64,000 nt of DNA, taken from assembly GCA_010405405.1 (NCBI GenBank), contig MU004238.1, positions 1,375,530 through 1,439,529 of the forward strand, given 5' to 3'. Position 1 is the stretch's first letter; the number at the start of each line of letters is the position of its first letter. The position numbers and the translations under genes are program-made. Origin of the DNA: Microthyrium microscopicum (taxonomy: Eukaryota). Below, in pieces: positions 13,033 to 26,435 of the stretch. The notes beneath the pieces are model-generated. The model made no database searches and was not told where the DNA came from. It worked only from the letters and a program-made list of their open reading frames with translations.

Positions 13033-14335
13033 ATGGCTACGATAGACAATCCAGAGCCTGTCGTAATCGTTCCCGCCGAAGGGGATGCCCTGGCCGCAAA
13101 AGCTGCTGCTCTCGACTTATCGGAACCAAAATCTAGCGATGCCACAAAGTCAACAGCGACAGCATCAACAGCCTTGGACGACACCTCGCCCAAGGCGGCA
13201 AGCAAAGATGTAGCAACAACTGATGAGAAAGCTCCAGTAGCGGCAACCGAGCCAGCGAAAGTGGCAGAGGTAGCAAAACCAATTGAACCAACGCAGCCAT
13301 CTGGTCCTCGGCTCACACCCATTGAACACCCAACACCAACTTCCAAGCCTTTGCTCCGCGCAGAACTCACCGAAACCGAAGAGACCAAATACACCGAACT
13401 CCTCACCACCGTCAAAACATGGACCGAAATCCCTACTACCTCCGCTGCCAGCACCCCAGCCGAACCCATCAATGATGGCGACCGCCTCTTCCTCACCCGC
13501 GATTGTCTCCTCCGCTACCTACGAGCCACCAAATGGGACGTCCCCAGCTCCGCAAAACGACTTCTTGCAACCTTGACTTGGCGTCGCGAGTACGGCCTCG
13601 TGGGATTCACACACAGCTACATATCACCCGAGAATGAAACGGGCAAGCAAGTACTGCTGGGTTTCGACAATGAAGGCCGACCGTGCTTGTACTTGAACCC
13701 TTCGCGGCAGAACACGGAGCGCAGTGAGAAGCAGCTACACCACCTGTTCTATATGGTGGAGCGTGTGGTGGACTTGATGGTGCCTGGGCAGGAGACGCTC
13801 GCTCTGCTCGTGAACTTTATGGATACGCGCAAGGGTCAGGGAGCCTCGGTGGCACAGGCACGGACCGTGATGAGTGTATTGCAGAATCATTATCCAGAGC
13901 GATTAGGGCGTGCGCTGATTACAGACTGTAAGTAGCGGTAGTCTGGGACGGAGATGATGCGCTAACCAGCTCACAGTGCCTTGGTACATTTCAGCGTTCT
14001 TCAAGATGATCTCACCGTTTATTGATCCACATACGAGAACGAAGCTCAAATTCAATGAGCCTATGACGAATTATGTTCCCGCGGAGCAGTTGCTGACTCC
14101 ATTCGGCGGAAAGTTGGAGTTCGAGTACAAGCACGACGTGTATTGGCCAGCCTTGGACGCCCTTTGCACTCAACGTCGCCAGGAGTACTTTGATCGCTGG
14201 GTGAAAGCCGGTAAAGAAATCGGAGAGTGTGAGACCTATCTACGAGGAGGCGATAAAGCCAGTGTTCATGCCAACAAAACGGAGCCTGAAGCTGTTCAAG
14301 GGGCCACAGAGCCCATCAATACGACGATTGACTAG
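13033..14335 (+). CDS. PDR16: CRAL-TRIO/Sec14-family phosphatidylinositol transfer protein (Pdr16/Sfh3-like)
   Basis: CLLRYLRATKW, ENETGKQ, LQNHYPERLG and PFIDPHTRTK motifs. Intron 13928-13975. Confidence 0.88.
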
Positions 14336-15320
14336 ATTATTGTTACAAACGTCTTAGACAATAGATAATGAAAAGCATATACTGTTGCCTCAACAATGAG
14401 TAGATTCGAAGAAATTGGCTATACGGCATACAGCACGGCGAATTGGTAGTCACAGAAGGTGTGATATCTCCAACAATATTCCCCTTTCTATGGACACGCT
14501 CATGTGAAACTGGCTTACAATGAATTGGACTTGTCGGTCCAGCCCCGTAACGATCTATCGTTAGGCAAGCTTATGTTTGTTTTCTACATGGGGGGCCTCA
14601 CAAGACATGATTGAGAGCAATGTTATTCGAGATAAAACGCATCAAAATGGTGGCTAATTGTACATCCGGATCTATCATAATGCCCAATACAACCCCATCC
14701 CAGTTCAAAAGATAGTCTGCAGAGCATCATTTTGCTAAAACAACGCCGGACTCGATTCCACCCATTTCGATAATCTTGCTGGATCGCTCCAACATGCTCG
14801 TCTGGCAAAATGAATCAAGTCTTGCAGACCAAAACCGGAGAGGACAGCAAAAAAAAAGGACCTTCAGAGTTGGTGAATCTCCCATACAGGCATCGAGGGA
14901 CAGTGGAAAATTGAAATACGACTTTTTGGATATCGTGCGGGTGCTAGATGTAAAGTGGAGTAGGTGAAGTGTGGATAAAAAAGGCTAAGCCGTTAGGCAA
15001 CAAAGCCAAGTGACGAACCACCAAATGGCAAGGAGAAGAAGACATTGTTACTTTGATGGGGTATGCCTGGCTTTTGTGTATAGAGATCGAAAGGTGGAAG
15101 GGAGACCACCCATGAGGCTCATTGCATTCGCAGACGCCGTTGAAGGAAGGCCGTCGTAGTTCAAACATGCCAATGATGGTAAAAAAGAAAATCAAACATG
15201 ATATCCAGCCGAGGGAATACGCCGAGTTATGAAGGTATGCGATTCTTTTTACGTCACAGGATTAGGGGTCCACAGCCGGGATGTCTTCGATCGAGGCTCA
15301 CGAGGCTGCGAGCGACCATG

Positions 15321-17506
15321 CTATGTTGCTGCAGTTCTCGTAGCGCCACCGCGACCACCTCCACGGCCACCACGGGTTTTGGCAGGGACAGTACTCCAGC
15401 CATCTTCATCGGCAGCAGCGGTAGGTGTCGCAGGGGAAGATGGGTTTGATTGGCCGGATGGTTTACGTCCACCGCGCCAAGAGGAAGAACTGTATTTCGG
15501 TCCCTTAGGCGGTTCACGTCCTTCTCGAGGCTCTCGTCCCTCTCGCGGTTCACGAGGCTCACGCGGCTCACGGGGAGGTCCCCTGGCTCGAGCAGGCTTC
15601 TCGTCCGAGTTTCCGTTTGCTCCATCATCTTTGGAAGCCCATCGTTCCTTGGTCTTTGGTTCATCATTGCCGTCATTCGTGCGTGCCAGGACCTGGTACT
15701 TTTTGGGTGCAGGAGCTTCGGCGCCCTCTCCAGTTCCTTCGGTCTCTTCAGTCTCTTCACCATCATCATTCTCCGCAGCCGCCTTAGCAGCCGCTTCTTT
15801 TGCTTTCTTCTCCTCACGAGCTTTGTCGTCAGCTTCCTTCTTCTGGCGGATAGCCAGTTGACGTTTCTCTTCAATTTCGCGCTCGCGAGCCGTTGTATCA
15901 ATTGGACGGGCACCACCGAAAATGCTTGACTTGTTTTCTGCAGTGCCACTTGGGTCTGCTTCAGTAACAGCCTCAGAAACTGTTCGTTTGGCCAGGTTTA
16001 GCTTAGGGCGTCCACCTGCGGGAGGTGGGTGCGATGGTGAGGACGGGGTGCTCGGGTCAGGAGTAGGTGTATTGGATACCGGTGGAGCATCTGGCCGCAT
16101 CCGAGCACGCCATGTAGTATCCAGTTCGGCAGCGGTAGGCGCTCTCTCTACTGGAGGAGGTCGTTCTCGTTCTTTGAACTCTCCGCGTGGAGGACGTGAT
16201 CCATCTTGGGACCTATTTGTGCCTTCACCCCAGGAAGGTGAGTTCTTGCGTTCCTCTCCTGGCCCCTCGTTAAGACGAGCTCGTCCACCGCCTCGGAAGT
16301 TTGATTCGGCGCCAGCAGCTGGAGAGAGAGGGCCCTTGCGCTCCCAGTTGCCAAAGTCTCGATTTTTTCCATCGCCTTCCTGGGCGTTGCCGCGACGACT
16401 ACCTCCGCGCTCCATATCTGGAGCTTCGTATTGACGAAATCCGCGGTCTGACGCGCGACGTTGTTGCTGGCCTGGAAGATCTGGAAGTGGTCCCTTGCGA
16501 GACCAGTCAGTGATTTCTCGTCCCTCGAGGCGGTCCTTCGCTAAAGGGTGTTAGGAAAATAGAGGAAAAAGTGTGGGTAATAGCTTACGTGGATCGGCAA
16601 CGCTGATCTTGATATTGCGACCCTGGAACTGGGTCTGGTTGAGGTCTAGAGCCTTCTTCAGTCCGTCGAGAGAACCAAATTCGACATAACCAAATCCCTT
16701 GGGTCGGCGGTCCATTTTATCCTCAACAATTCGGACATTGGTGACCTCGCAGCCGCCGAAAAAGTCTTCGATATCAACAGAGGTTGCATCAAACGGGAGA
16801 TTGCCAAGATGAGCGGTGAATGGAGGCTTGGTTGGGAGGGGAAGTGGATCGCGCATTGGCATAGAGGCTGGAAACCAAAATTAGTGTCTCTCAACATAGG
16901 GCGTTGCAAGATACATACCATAGCTACGATCACCACCATAAGGAGCTGCACTCACAACGCGACGGTCGCCATATCCAGTGCGAGAGTCTATGCAGTTTAG
17001 TATGAATACTTCAAGCACCTCATTATAACCAAATATTGCTTACCACCAGCTAAATAAAGTTAGTGAAAAGCATTGCAATGGGTTAAAAGAATCTTACAAG
17101 AAATTGGCATGTCTTCCATCTCATCGGCCCAGGAGCCCATGCCTACAGATATATATTAGCTTCCGTTCCATATTGTTAATTCGACTGAGATGGTGTATCG
17201 ACTCTTCGATGGTCTCCATTGCGCGAATGGTTCCATGTCGATCGGTTTTGCGATACTGAATCTTGGCGTGACTTGACTTGATAGGAAGTAGGCTCATCGC
17301 GGAGAATGGTAGGACAAGGGGGGGCTATAGGAATGGCAAGATGCTCACTTTGATCACCCAGAAAGTCCCCGAGGGACATCTTCTGGACCTGCTTTTTGGG
17401 CGCTATAGATGAGACATTAGCGAAGAGTGCATAAAGCGACAAAGAGAATGCGCATGCAAAGTAGGCTGCGAAAGCCTTGTGCGCACAGTCAAGGAGACGT
17501 ACCCAT
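15321..17506 (-). CDS. TIF3: Translation initiation factor eIF4B
   Basis: Exons MAPKKQVQKMSLGDFL and GSWADEMED; RRM (AHLGNLPF, KGFGYVEF); SIFGGARPIDT; RGG tail; PRE/GRE repeats. Confidence 0.9.
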
Positions 17507-17958
17507 GATTGCGGTGGTTATCAGACAGCGCGACAAATAAATGGGCGCGCTGGCTGGAGATGTGGTAGAAGAGATGTGCGTAGAACACAACACCTCTGAT
17601 AGAAAGTATTGGTTGGGTGTGAAGTGGACGAAGGGCGAAGGGATCGCTGGTGGGAAGTGGTGATGCAAAAATGGTTGATGGTTTTCTGAGGGCGACTTTA
17701 TTAATCGCGCACCTTACCTTAAGCAGACTAGCGCATGCACGGTCGGTCAGATCTTAGCAAGTGGGAGAGCAGCTTTAGGCTTGGCGTGTTTTTCTGGAGA
17801 GAACATCCCCTACTACGGAAGCTATCAAATTTGTGCTTTATCCTACGACTTACTGTATCGAACAGTTACCTAAGTATCATTGGTTTCTCTGGACCAGGAG
17901 TGACTATCATCAATCATCTACGCCATAGTCACCAAGGCGGAATGATCTTTGCATATTC

Positions 17959-18716
17959 ATGACAACTGACAATCGTCATGAGCGACCATCTCCGGCGTGG
18001 GCTGCTATCCAGGCAGGAGGCCTAGCAGGTAATGTTTCTTCCGGCTATCCGGTGTATCGAAGCGTCTGACATACTTAGGTCTTGGTGGTATCTTGTTTGG
18101 CGGGACTAGCGGTATAGCTGGTGGTAAGAAGCCACTCGTCCTATGGACCCTCATGACTGGTTTCCAATGGGCAACTCTAGGTGGCACATACTGGGGTAAA
18201 CACTGGCTCTTTGTACATGAAGAGCACATGTACTAATAGGTCTAAGGACTTCGAAGTTCGATTTTGAATGAGTACCCTGAACCAGATATTACCCCATCCA
18301 CACGACTATATGCTAGTGCAGCGTCCGGATGTCTATCGTTTGCCGCCGTTGGTCTAGTCATCCGTACGTTTATTCTCTCTGGATTGAGTTCATTCTAATC
18401 GTGTTCCTCAGGCGGAAGGCAAAATGTCCTCCCTGGTGCTTTCATGGGCTCCGTGTTTGGATTTGCTGGTCAAGCTGGCTTCAACTACTTTGACAAAGAC
18501 AAGTACGCAGAGATGTCCAGACCTAAGCGGGACTCTATTTGGAAAAAAGCTGCCGACTCGGAATGGATGCCGTTCAAATCACTTACAGATGATGAACATG
18601 CCGACCTTCTAAAAGAGCGACTTCTTCGAGCTGAGGCTGAGATAGCGATTATTGATGACGAGATTGCCAGTCTACGGGACTCTCAAGTGCGCGAGAAAGC
18701 CGAGCAGCAGAAATAG
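17959..18716 (+). CDS. Conserved small membrane protein (Tim17/22/23-like Gly-rich helices, C-terminal coiled coil)
   Basis: Spliced reading GLAGLGGILFGG...FQWATLGGTYWG...GGRQNVLPGAFMGSVFGFAGQ...; three short introns. Confidence 0.65.
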
Positions 18717-19065
18717 TACGCTATTGAGCTTTGAATTTGAGAAAGTACGACAGCCGATTCAACTATGGTTCTGAGTGAAGAACGACCCCACAGTCCGATT
18801 TCCAGCATGTTTCCCGAAGGATATAAGCCAAGAACTGCTTCTTGAATCCAATACATGTAGGATATTGTTATATAGGAGTGTAGAGAAGGTCTATGACCTG
18901 CGATGCAAGGTCAAGCATTGTTCACAACTTCACAGAAACTACCCGGGTTTAATGCAATGTGCTAAATCCGCTTCCTCTTCATCCACAACCGCAGCCGCCT
19001 GAGCTTGACTTGACCACAACATCATCTGAGCTAAATTGCGTAAAATACCTATAGCCACTAGACAA

Positions 19066-20002
19066 ATGAATTCAAATATTGCTTTCCGACTCCGCCTCAA
19101 ACCGATCGCGACTCGTCTATTCATTAAGAGTTCTGTCCGACAGTACTCTACACCACAAGCGCCCTTGATACTTAGCGAAACCATCCCGTCTCCCCATTGC
19201 GGCCACATCAAGATCTTACATCTTAACAGACACGATGCAAAGAATGCAATATCTAGAGCTCTACTCTCGCAACTCAAGTATGAGTTGGATTCAATGAAAT
19301 GCAAGCCTACAGAAACACGCGCTCTCATCATAGCAAGCGCTGTAGACGGAACGTTCTGCGCAGGGGCGGATTTGAAAGAACGCAGGACTTTTACATTCGA
19401 TGAGTATGTCGCACAATTACTTGGTTCTGCACAAACTGAAGCCTTTTGACTAATCATTTTGCATTACCAGTACTCGCAAGTTTCTGACCGACTTGCGTGC
19501 AACGCTTGTTCAAATTGCTTCTCTACCCATTCCAACCATCTCGGCTATCGACGGTTACGCTCTTGGTGGAGGTCTTGAGCTAGCATTGTCCACAACTTTC
19601 CGTGTCATTTCATCAACCGCTCGAGTAGGACTACCAGAGACACGTCTCGGTATAATACCTGGAGCAGGTGGAACATTTCGACTGCCAGCCTTGGTCGGCG
19701 CTCAAAAAGCTCGAGAGCTGATCCTAACTGGACGGCGAATCTATGGCGATGAGGCACACCAAATAGGTCTCGCAGATGTCCTCTGTGAAAAGCAGCCGGT
19801 AGAGGAGTCGATTCGCCTGGCCAGTGATATTCTTCAAGGAGGTCCCATTGCTGTCGTCGAAGCATTACGTGCAGTTAATGGGTGGCAAACTGGAGGCGTA
19901 ACCGAGAATGAAGCCTATGAAATTGTTTTAGGAACCCAAGATCGTGTAGAAGCGCTCAATGCTTTCAAGGAGAAGAGACCACCGACATTCAAAGGACAAT
20001 GA
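19066..20002 (+). CDS. Enoyl-CoA hydratase/isomerase, methylglutaconyl-CoA hydratase-like, mitochondrial
   Basis: FCAGADLKER, ALGGGLELAL and PETRLGIIPGAGG motifs; Arg-rich presequence; one intron. Confidence 0.88.
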
Positions 20003-20042
20003 TAGAGTCGTCATTTTCAATTCTTTCAACGATATGTAACGC

Positions 20043-21125
20043 TCAGGAGGAGATCTTATACACATACTTCACACCGCTTGCTTTTCCTTCTTCTAAATTC
20101 TTCAGGCCCTTTCCAACACCTTCCAGGCCGCCAGGAATGATTTCGTATGGATGACCCTTAAGACGTCCATCATCCAGGGCACGAGAGAAGAATTTGAACC
20201 ATACAGCTCCAAAATCCTTCCTCGTCTTATGTACAGTACCGACTGAAGTGACAATTGCAGTCACACCGTCGGGGTACTTGAAGTCTGCCTTCGCATATTT
20301 CTCCACGGGTAGTAAATGAGAAATTACACCACCTTTTGGATCCACCACTTTAGTAATAATGTCATGCGAGCCGCCCTCGCTTACACCGTCAAATACATAC
20401 TTCACCTTTGAGCCCAGTCCCTCCTTCTTCAGAGCCTCCTCAATTTTCTTCGCCGTGGCATCTTCACCCTCACGATAGTCAACCACATAGTCACACAACT
20501 CTTTGCCCAAAGCCTGACTCTTGCCAGCCACCCCAATGATAGGCTTCAGCCCACTCAAACGTCCCAGTTGTGCCGCAAACGCGCCCGTGGCAGTTCCCGC
20601 TCCGTACACTAGCAGTGGAATCTTCACGTCCTTGTTCTGAAGCGGTGAATCCGGGCTCCATGGCTCCGGTAGCTGCAAGTCCTGGAATAGGCCAACAGCA
20701 CTTGTCATGGCTGCTAGGGGAATTGTAGCTGCCTCTTCGAAGCTGACGTGCTCTGGGAGGGCAAAAGTAGTATAGTCCCAAGCGAGGGCATACTCCGCAA
20801 AGGAGCCGTGAGGTGTGACCATCTCGTGAAAGGCGGCGACACGTTGGCCTTTTGTGAATGCGTAGACTTTTGGGCCGATGGCATGGATAGTGCCGGCGAT
20901 GTCGTCGCCACTGTTATGGGCGTTGTTACCCCTGAAATCTTTTAGTTTGGATTTGATAGAGCGAGAAAGGAAAGAGTGTATATACCATTTCGGGACTTTC
21001 CAGTCTTTAGGATTTGTGCCAGACACCGCAACCTTGATAACTACTTGGTGCTCGCCTGGTGTAGGTATAGGTGAGTCTACAATTTTAGTAGACCCGTCTG
21101 GTGAGACAATGACTTCTTTGGGCAT
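20043..21125 (-). CDS. MDR-family NAD(P)-dependent oxidoreductase (enoyl-reductase-like)
   Basis: VSGTNPKDWK, SFEEAATIPLA, YGAGTATG and ASGVKYV motifs. In-frame intron 20932-20985. Confidence 0.85.
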   Translation of the reverse strand: MPKEVIVSPDGSTKIVDSPIPTPGEHQVVIKVAVSGTNPKDWKVPKWYIHSFLSRSIKSKLKDFRGNNAHNSGDDIAGTIHAIGPKVYAFTKGQRVAAFHEMVTPHGSFAEYALAWDYTTFALPEHVSFEEAATIPLAAMTSAVGLFQDLQLPEPWSPDSPLQNKDVKIPLLVYGAGTATGAFAAQLGRLSGLKPIIGVAGKSQALGKELCDYVVDYREGEDATAKKIEEALKKEGLGSKVKYVFDGVSEGGSHDIITKVVDPKGGVISHLLPVEKYAKADFKYPDGVTAIVTSVGTVHKTRKDFGAVWFKFFSRALDDGRLKGHPYEIIPGGLEGVGKGLKNLEEGKASGVKYVYKISS

Positions 21126-21632
21126 CTTGACAGTGTTTTGTGGTATGATAAAGATTTGGGAGAGTAGTAGGGTAATGGTCAGTGGAATTATAATGTATAC
21201 CAAAACCGTGGGACAACGTGACAGTAACGGTGGCATCATGTAAGTAGCAATGATATCATTACCTCCCCACTACTAGTACTAGTAAATCAACATGAAATTT
21301 ACAGCCAGATGCAGCGGATGTAAACATGCGGGGATCGGCTCGGGGATAGAGCCGTTCTTGATGTCAACACCACAATATTGGTACTTTTAAGCGACTCTTC
21401 ACCTCCCGGAAATCCATATCCGCCTCGTTTACTTGTAGGTAGAAATCTGTCAATGCGTATATTGAGAAGCTTTCAAACTATAACGAAAGATCGCGAAGAA
21501 TGTGACAGTAGATTCTTCGATACCTCACGGTTTGCGCAATTGAATCGATTCATATCTAGTTATACATTGTCACGATGAGGCTTCTCATGAGACAGAAAAT
21601 TATCTTTTTGTGTTGTCACTTGTATATTGTGT

Positions 21633-23008
21633 CTACAAAGGTGTATCAACGTTGCTCAATACTTCCTCGATAACATCGTCAATAGCAACACCTTTGAGGA
21701 GTTCTTTGACTGCTTGCAATGTGCTTCCCCATTGAAGGCTACGCTCCCGCTCTGGTGCAACAAGTACCAGACGATGAGGATAGATCTTCCGAACAGCTAG
21801 CGCTACAAGTGATGGCGTTGTGAATGTCAAGCCATGGAATGGCGCCAATACCCTGATCTTCATGTCAGCAATGCTACAAGAGACCGGTAAATCAACTCAC
21901 CGGGAGAGTAAATTGAGCTGTCGAGTCGCAATAGAGCTTACACCTCCTGCTATGGCTCGATGAGTGCGTAGAAAGATAACAAGGTCGTGAATATAGGCTC
22001 TGACATCCGGACTCATGCTAACTCCTGCGGCACGAGTGACCAATGCTTGAATATCCTACGAATGGTTAATACAAATTCTGCAAGAACGGAATTGAACAAA
22101 CATCGTTAGAAATGAAGGGACCCTCATGGGGCGTACGAGATCGGGAAGCTTCGATAGGTGTAATGGGTGGAGTATGAATGACGGACGATAATGAACCTGC
22201 ATCTGAAGCAATATCATCGTCGTCGCCTTCGCCTGCGCGACCTATGTGGACCAGCGGATCTGTAGACTGGTGCAGATGGGAGATAAATATATGGTCATTC
22301 AGATGTAAGGTCAATCGTTTGGGTCCATGGACTTGTACGGCAATGAATAGTAGATTATCTGGCGCCTTGTGAACTTCCTTTCGCGAAAATATCCGTCGGC
22401 CGCGAATGAGCTTCGTGTGCGGTTAGCTCAAGGATTTCCGGGGCTCGCAATTCACACATACCTCTAAGGCTTGAATTTGAACTTGCTCGCTAGACTCATT
22501 CAAACTTGTGGCAATAACGATGTTTGCAATCTTTCCTCCTAGTTCCTGGCTGTAAGGCCTGGGTGATTTAAAATGCCTTGCGGCTCCCGAGCCTGGCACA
22601 CTGAGATAGTCCTAGGTCATCAGAGCTATGCTTAAAGAGTTTCAACCATAAGAACATACTTTGGGTTCAACAGCGTCCGAGTCTACATTAGGCGGCCTCA
22701 GTGTATCATCAACAAGAATCGATTGAGTGAATTCATCAAGCGTTGTTGATGGGCCACACCGTAAGATTGCTGCCGTCAATCCAAATGTTTCCCGACATAT
22801 CTAGCCATGATATTAGTAGTCATCGATACCCATTGGCTGAGGATGAAACTCTTACTAGGGACAACTCTTCCACTACAGCTTCTAGGTCGTGGACATCGGC
22901 CTCAACGATGCAGCAGTGTTGCTCGGCGACAAAACAGAGGAAACAGGCCAGCTCCAGATCACTGAGCTCCTGGATCTTTTCTGTTATGTCTTGCGTCCCA
23001 TTTTCCAT
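21633..23008 (-). CDS. Conserved fungal protein with degenerate AAA/Mg-chelatase-lid-like C-terminus (Mtc2-like)
   Basis: Exons LSDLELACFLCFVAEQHC, VQIQALE, YIHDLVIFLRTHRA and PSLVALAVRKIYPHRL...ERSLQWG. Confidence 0.6.
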
Positions 23009-23377
23009 GGATTTGAGGCTAGTATAACATCTATTTCGGTTCGGAATAAGAACAATCAATTGATTAATGTGGGAAAGGCCTGGTCTTAAGGCTTGGAGAG
23101 AGCTAAAGAGACATAATTGAAGCGGAGGTTTGAACATTATCAGATTAATAGAGGCTAACAATCTGCATGGGGCGGAAACGCTAGCAGGGGTTCACAAAGA
23201 TCTTATCTTAGCGCCTATTCCTCTTGTCAACTGCACAATTCAATGTGAATAACTTAACTTCCAGACCACGAACACATTGACTGACACATGATTAAAGTCT
23301 TTTCCTCCCGTTCGATCTTATCATTCTACAGCATACACGGAACTCTCTACCACAACTGCAAGAACTGATCAGGCGAA

Positions 23378-24572
23378 ATGGCTGCAGGCTCCGATGAAGC
23401 GACTCAAGCCCCTCCACGAGAACGCGTTAAAGACGTCGTTCAATACCTTCGCGCCGTGAAAGTATGATTCCTTATATTCCTGCGTCTTCCTTTTGTATTA
23501 AAAGTGTGTTAGCGATTTTGGCCTGATGGCTCACGGACGCACGTTACTTCCCTCGATTTCGATGACACTGGCGAGCTTGCAATCCTCAGTCGAAGCGACG
23601 ATACCATTCAAATTTACAATATCAAAGAGGGCAAACATGCCAAAGAGCTTAAGAGTCAGAAATATGGTGTGGATCTTGTGCGCTTCTCACATCATTCCCA
23701 AAGCATAATACATGCCAGTACAAAAATAGATGGTACGGAGACTTCAGGTTGTAAGACATCTTTTCTAATTGCTGGCAGATACTATTCGGTATCTTTCGAC
23801 TCATGATAACTCTTATATGCGGTACTTTCGTGGGCATGAAGGTCGCGTCACTTCTCTCTCAATGTGTCCGTCCAAGGACGAGTTTCTATCTTGCAGTGAA
23901 GATGGGACAATGCGGTTATGGTCCATCCAGTCTCAAAACGCAAAGGGCGTTCTCAAACTCCATGGCGCCCATCTTGGAGCATACGATCCATCTGCTTCCG
24001 TGATTGCCTGCGCATCGGGCCTTACCCAATCCATCTTACTCTATGATTTACGGAACTTTGACAAGCAGCCGTTTGCAACATTTGATCTGGACAGCATGAT
24101 CTCCCGATTTGACCCCAGTGGAGCAGGCCGTAATTGGACTAGCCTGTCATTTTCCAATGACGGCAAGAGTATCATGCTCGGGACCTCTGGAGCTGGACAC
24201 TTCGTCCTGGATGGATTCGAAGGATCACTGCGGCATTTCCTCAAACGGCGAGGGCCTTCACAACGGCGTGCACCGGGAGAATTGGGTTCAACGGCCACAC
24301 CTGGACAAGGAGACGTGTGTTTTAGTCCGGATGGTCAATTTGTTCTAGGTGGCTCTGGATCGGACGATGGCGTCTCTGTTTGGGATATTCGAGGAGCCGA
24401 CGACCCAGAACGAGAGCTGAAACCTGTTGCTCAACTGCCTTTTCCTGATGCCAAGAAGGATCGAGTGGAAATTGCTGTTTATAACCCTCGCTTCAACATG
24501 CTCTGCACTGCCGACCGAGCTGTCTCGATGTGGGTCCCCGACAAAGAGCTATATGGAAAGCCGAGTTCCTAG
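23378..24572 (+). CDS. SWD2: WD40 COMPASS/CPF subunit Swd2
   Basis: SQKYGVDLVRFSH, TIRYLSTHDNSYMRYFRGH and FSNDGKSI motifs; two introns. Confidence 0.9.
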
Positions 24573-24777
24573 AGGAGGTCATTATTACATTGTACGTTGC
24601 ACTATACCCATCATAGCATGCATTGGTTCGGAGTTGGATATTGCGTTGTTCAGAAAAGCAACCGGGCTGTGGCTACTTGCATAAGAATGTGTGTACTTCA
24701 TGCAATTTTTGGATTAGACATGTTACAGAAGTTGCCCAGATTCTATTCAGCAACTCGTCTTACTATTTATAAGTCGC

Positions 24778-25670
24778 CTAATAACCTTCAACACACTCTG
24801 TCAATCCCCTAGCACCGGCGTTTGTCTGCGTGAGCTCACCCGCCAGATGACACGCCTCGTTGAACACAATTCGATCGGGACCAGGAGGGCCTAGAAATGT
24901 TAGCCCCCATTACACCGGCCCATGGAGAACAACACTTACCTCCAATATATCCGCCGCTGTCAATGAGAGGAAATTCCCAATAGGGACCCTTGACGTCGCC
25001 AAAGTTGAATCCTTGCTGGTTGGGAAACGCCTTTGGAAACTCGGACTTGTTCACCGTCTGCGTCTTGTTCTTGTAAAAGCACCCGCCAATAATCGCGTTT
25101 GACACATCATATTCAATGTACTTCTTTCGTCCACAAGTTGTCAAAAACGGCACTGGCTCCTTGGGCGCGTCTGTTGTCGTCGTTGGAATTGTCTGTGGGC
25201 CTGTCGGTGTTGGATTCGGTCCAAATGGACTACGTGGTGGTCCCCATGCTGATGGTTGTGTCCATGTTCTTGTGCTTGACCGAGTCTCTTGCGGCGCCGC
25301 TGGGTTCGGTCGTGGAGTTGTTGTTGGTTGACGGGGTGGAGGGCCGGCAGGTGCGCCGTTTGTTGGTCGTGCGCCCCATGGCTGCCATGTCGGCCCTGGA
25401 GGCTGTTGAGGTGGCTGAGCTGGAGCTGAGGGAGCTGGTCCCCATGGTCGTCCCCATGGACGCGTGGTTTGGGCTGGAGGAGCTGGTGGAGCGGTTGGGC
25501 GCCCGCGTGAATCATCGTCGTCGTCGCCGCCGCGTCCCCATCCTCCCCAACCTTGGGCGTGCACACTCACACTGAGGAGGAGTAGTGCGATTATCGATTG
25601 CTATAGAGTTCAGAAATTTGTTCAAGTATGGAGAATGTGTACGCGTAATGCAAAAACTTACCTTGACCAT
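24778..25670 (-). CDS. Secreted RNase T1/N1-family protein with long Pro/Trp/Gly-rich N-terminal extension; likely catalytically impaired
   Basis: Signal peptide MVK|QSIIALLLLSVSVHA, then FPKAFPNQQGFNF, GPYWEFPL and, after an intron, PGPDRIVFNEACHLAGELTQTNA...C. Confidence 0.8.
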
Positions 25671-26435
25671 GATGACCGATTTAACTCAAGGCGAGCAGCA
25701 ATAGTTGAATGAGTGACTACAGTGAGATGTAATTCGAGATGTACTTGGGCTGTCACTCGGATTATAGTGTATTACGAGAAGCTCAATCAGATTGATGTTG
25801 AAACCACATGACGAAAATGAATGATTGAAGAAACAGAAAATAGTACAGATCCCAGAAGAAAGATCGTACAAATTATTAGAATCACCGAGAAATAGATGAA
25901 TATGCCACGGGAACTAATCAATGTCCTAAATTGCGTGCAGGGCGCATCGCACAAACACGCCGCGGAACTTGTACCCAGTAATAACTCCATAGGGTTATTG
26001 AAGCATTAGCTGTGAGTGGAAAGATTTAGACAGAAGTCTGGTTTCTAGATGTGCTTATGCACAAGGTTCCGTATCATTTATGAGATTATGGTAATCTAAG
26101 GATCCATCAATAGCACGATGTGTCTTGTAGTTCGAATCTAGAAGTCTTCGGCATTGTAGATTAGGGGTTTTGATAGCAATTGGTATTTGACATTATTTTC
26201 TTCTAGAACAAATTATTTTAGGTTTGTTGTGCTCCTTCTATTGCTTGGACCATAACCCGGCCCTTTATGCATTTGAGGTCAACGTCGCATCATGTAGAGC
26301 AGGGGCATCTACTGCCCTGACTGGGTAATAGAATAGATGACAGGTACCTGAAAGAGTAATTGTTGGCGAACAGATTTATTTAAATCTGTATGTGTAGAAA
26401 AGTAGCATCAGTGACCTGATTTGAACGAGTACATA

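Noticed and set aside
15229..16434. Long overlapping ORFs in alternative frames
   Set aside because: Shadows of the low-complexity eIF4B C-terminus.
17143..17349. Unusually long eIF4B intron as snoRNA host
   Set aside because: Only a weak C-box-like GCGATGA, with no terminal D box or clear H/ACA architecture.
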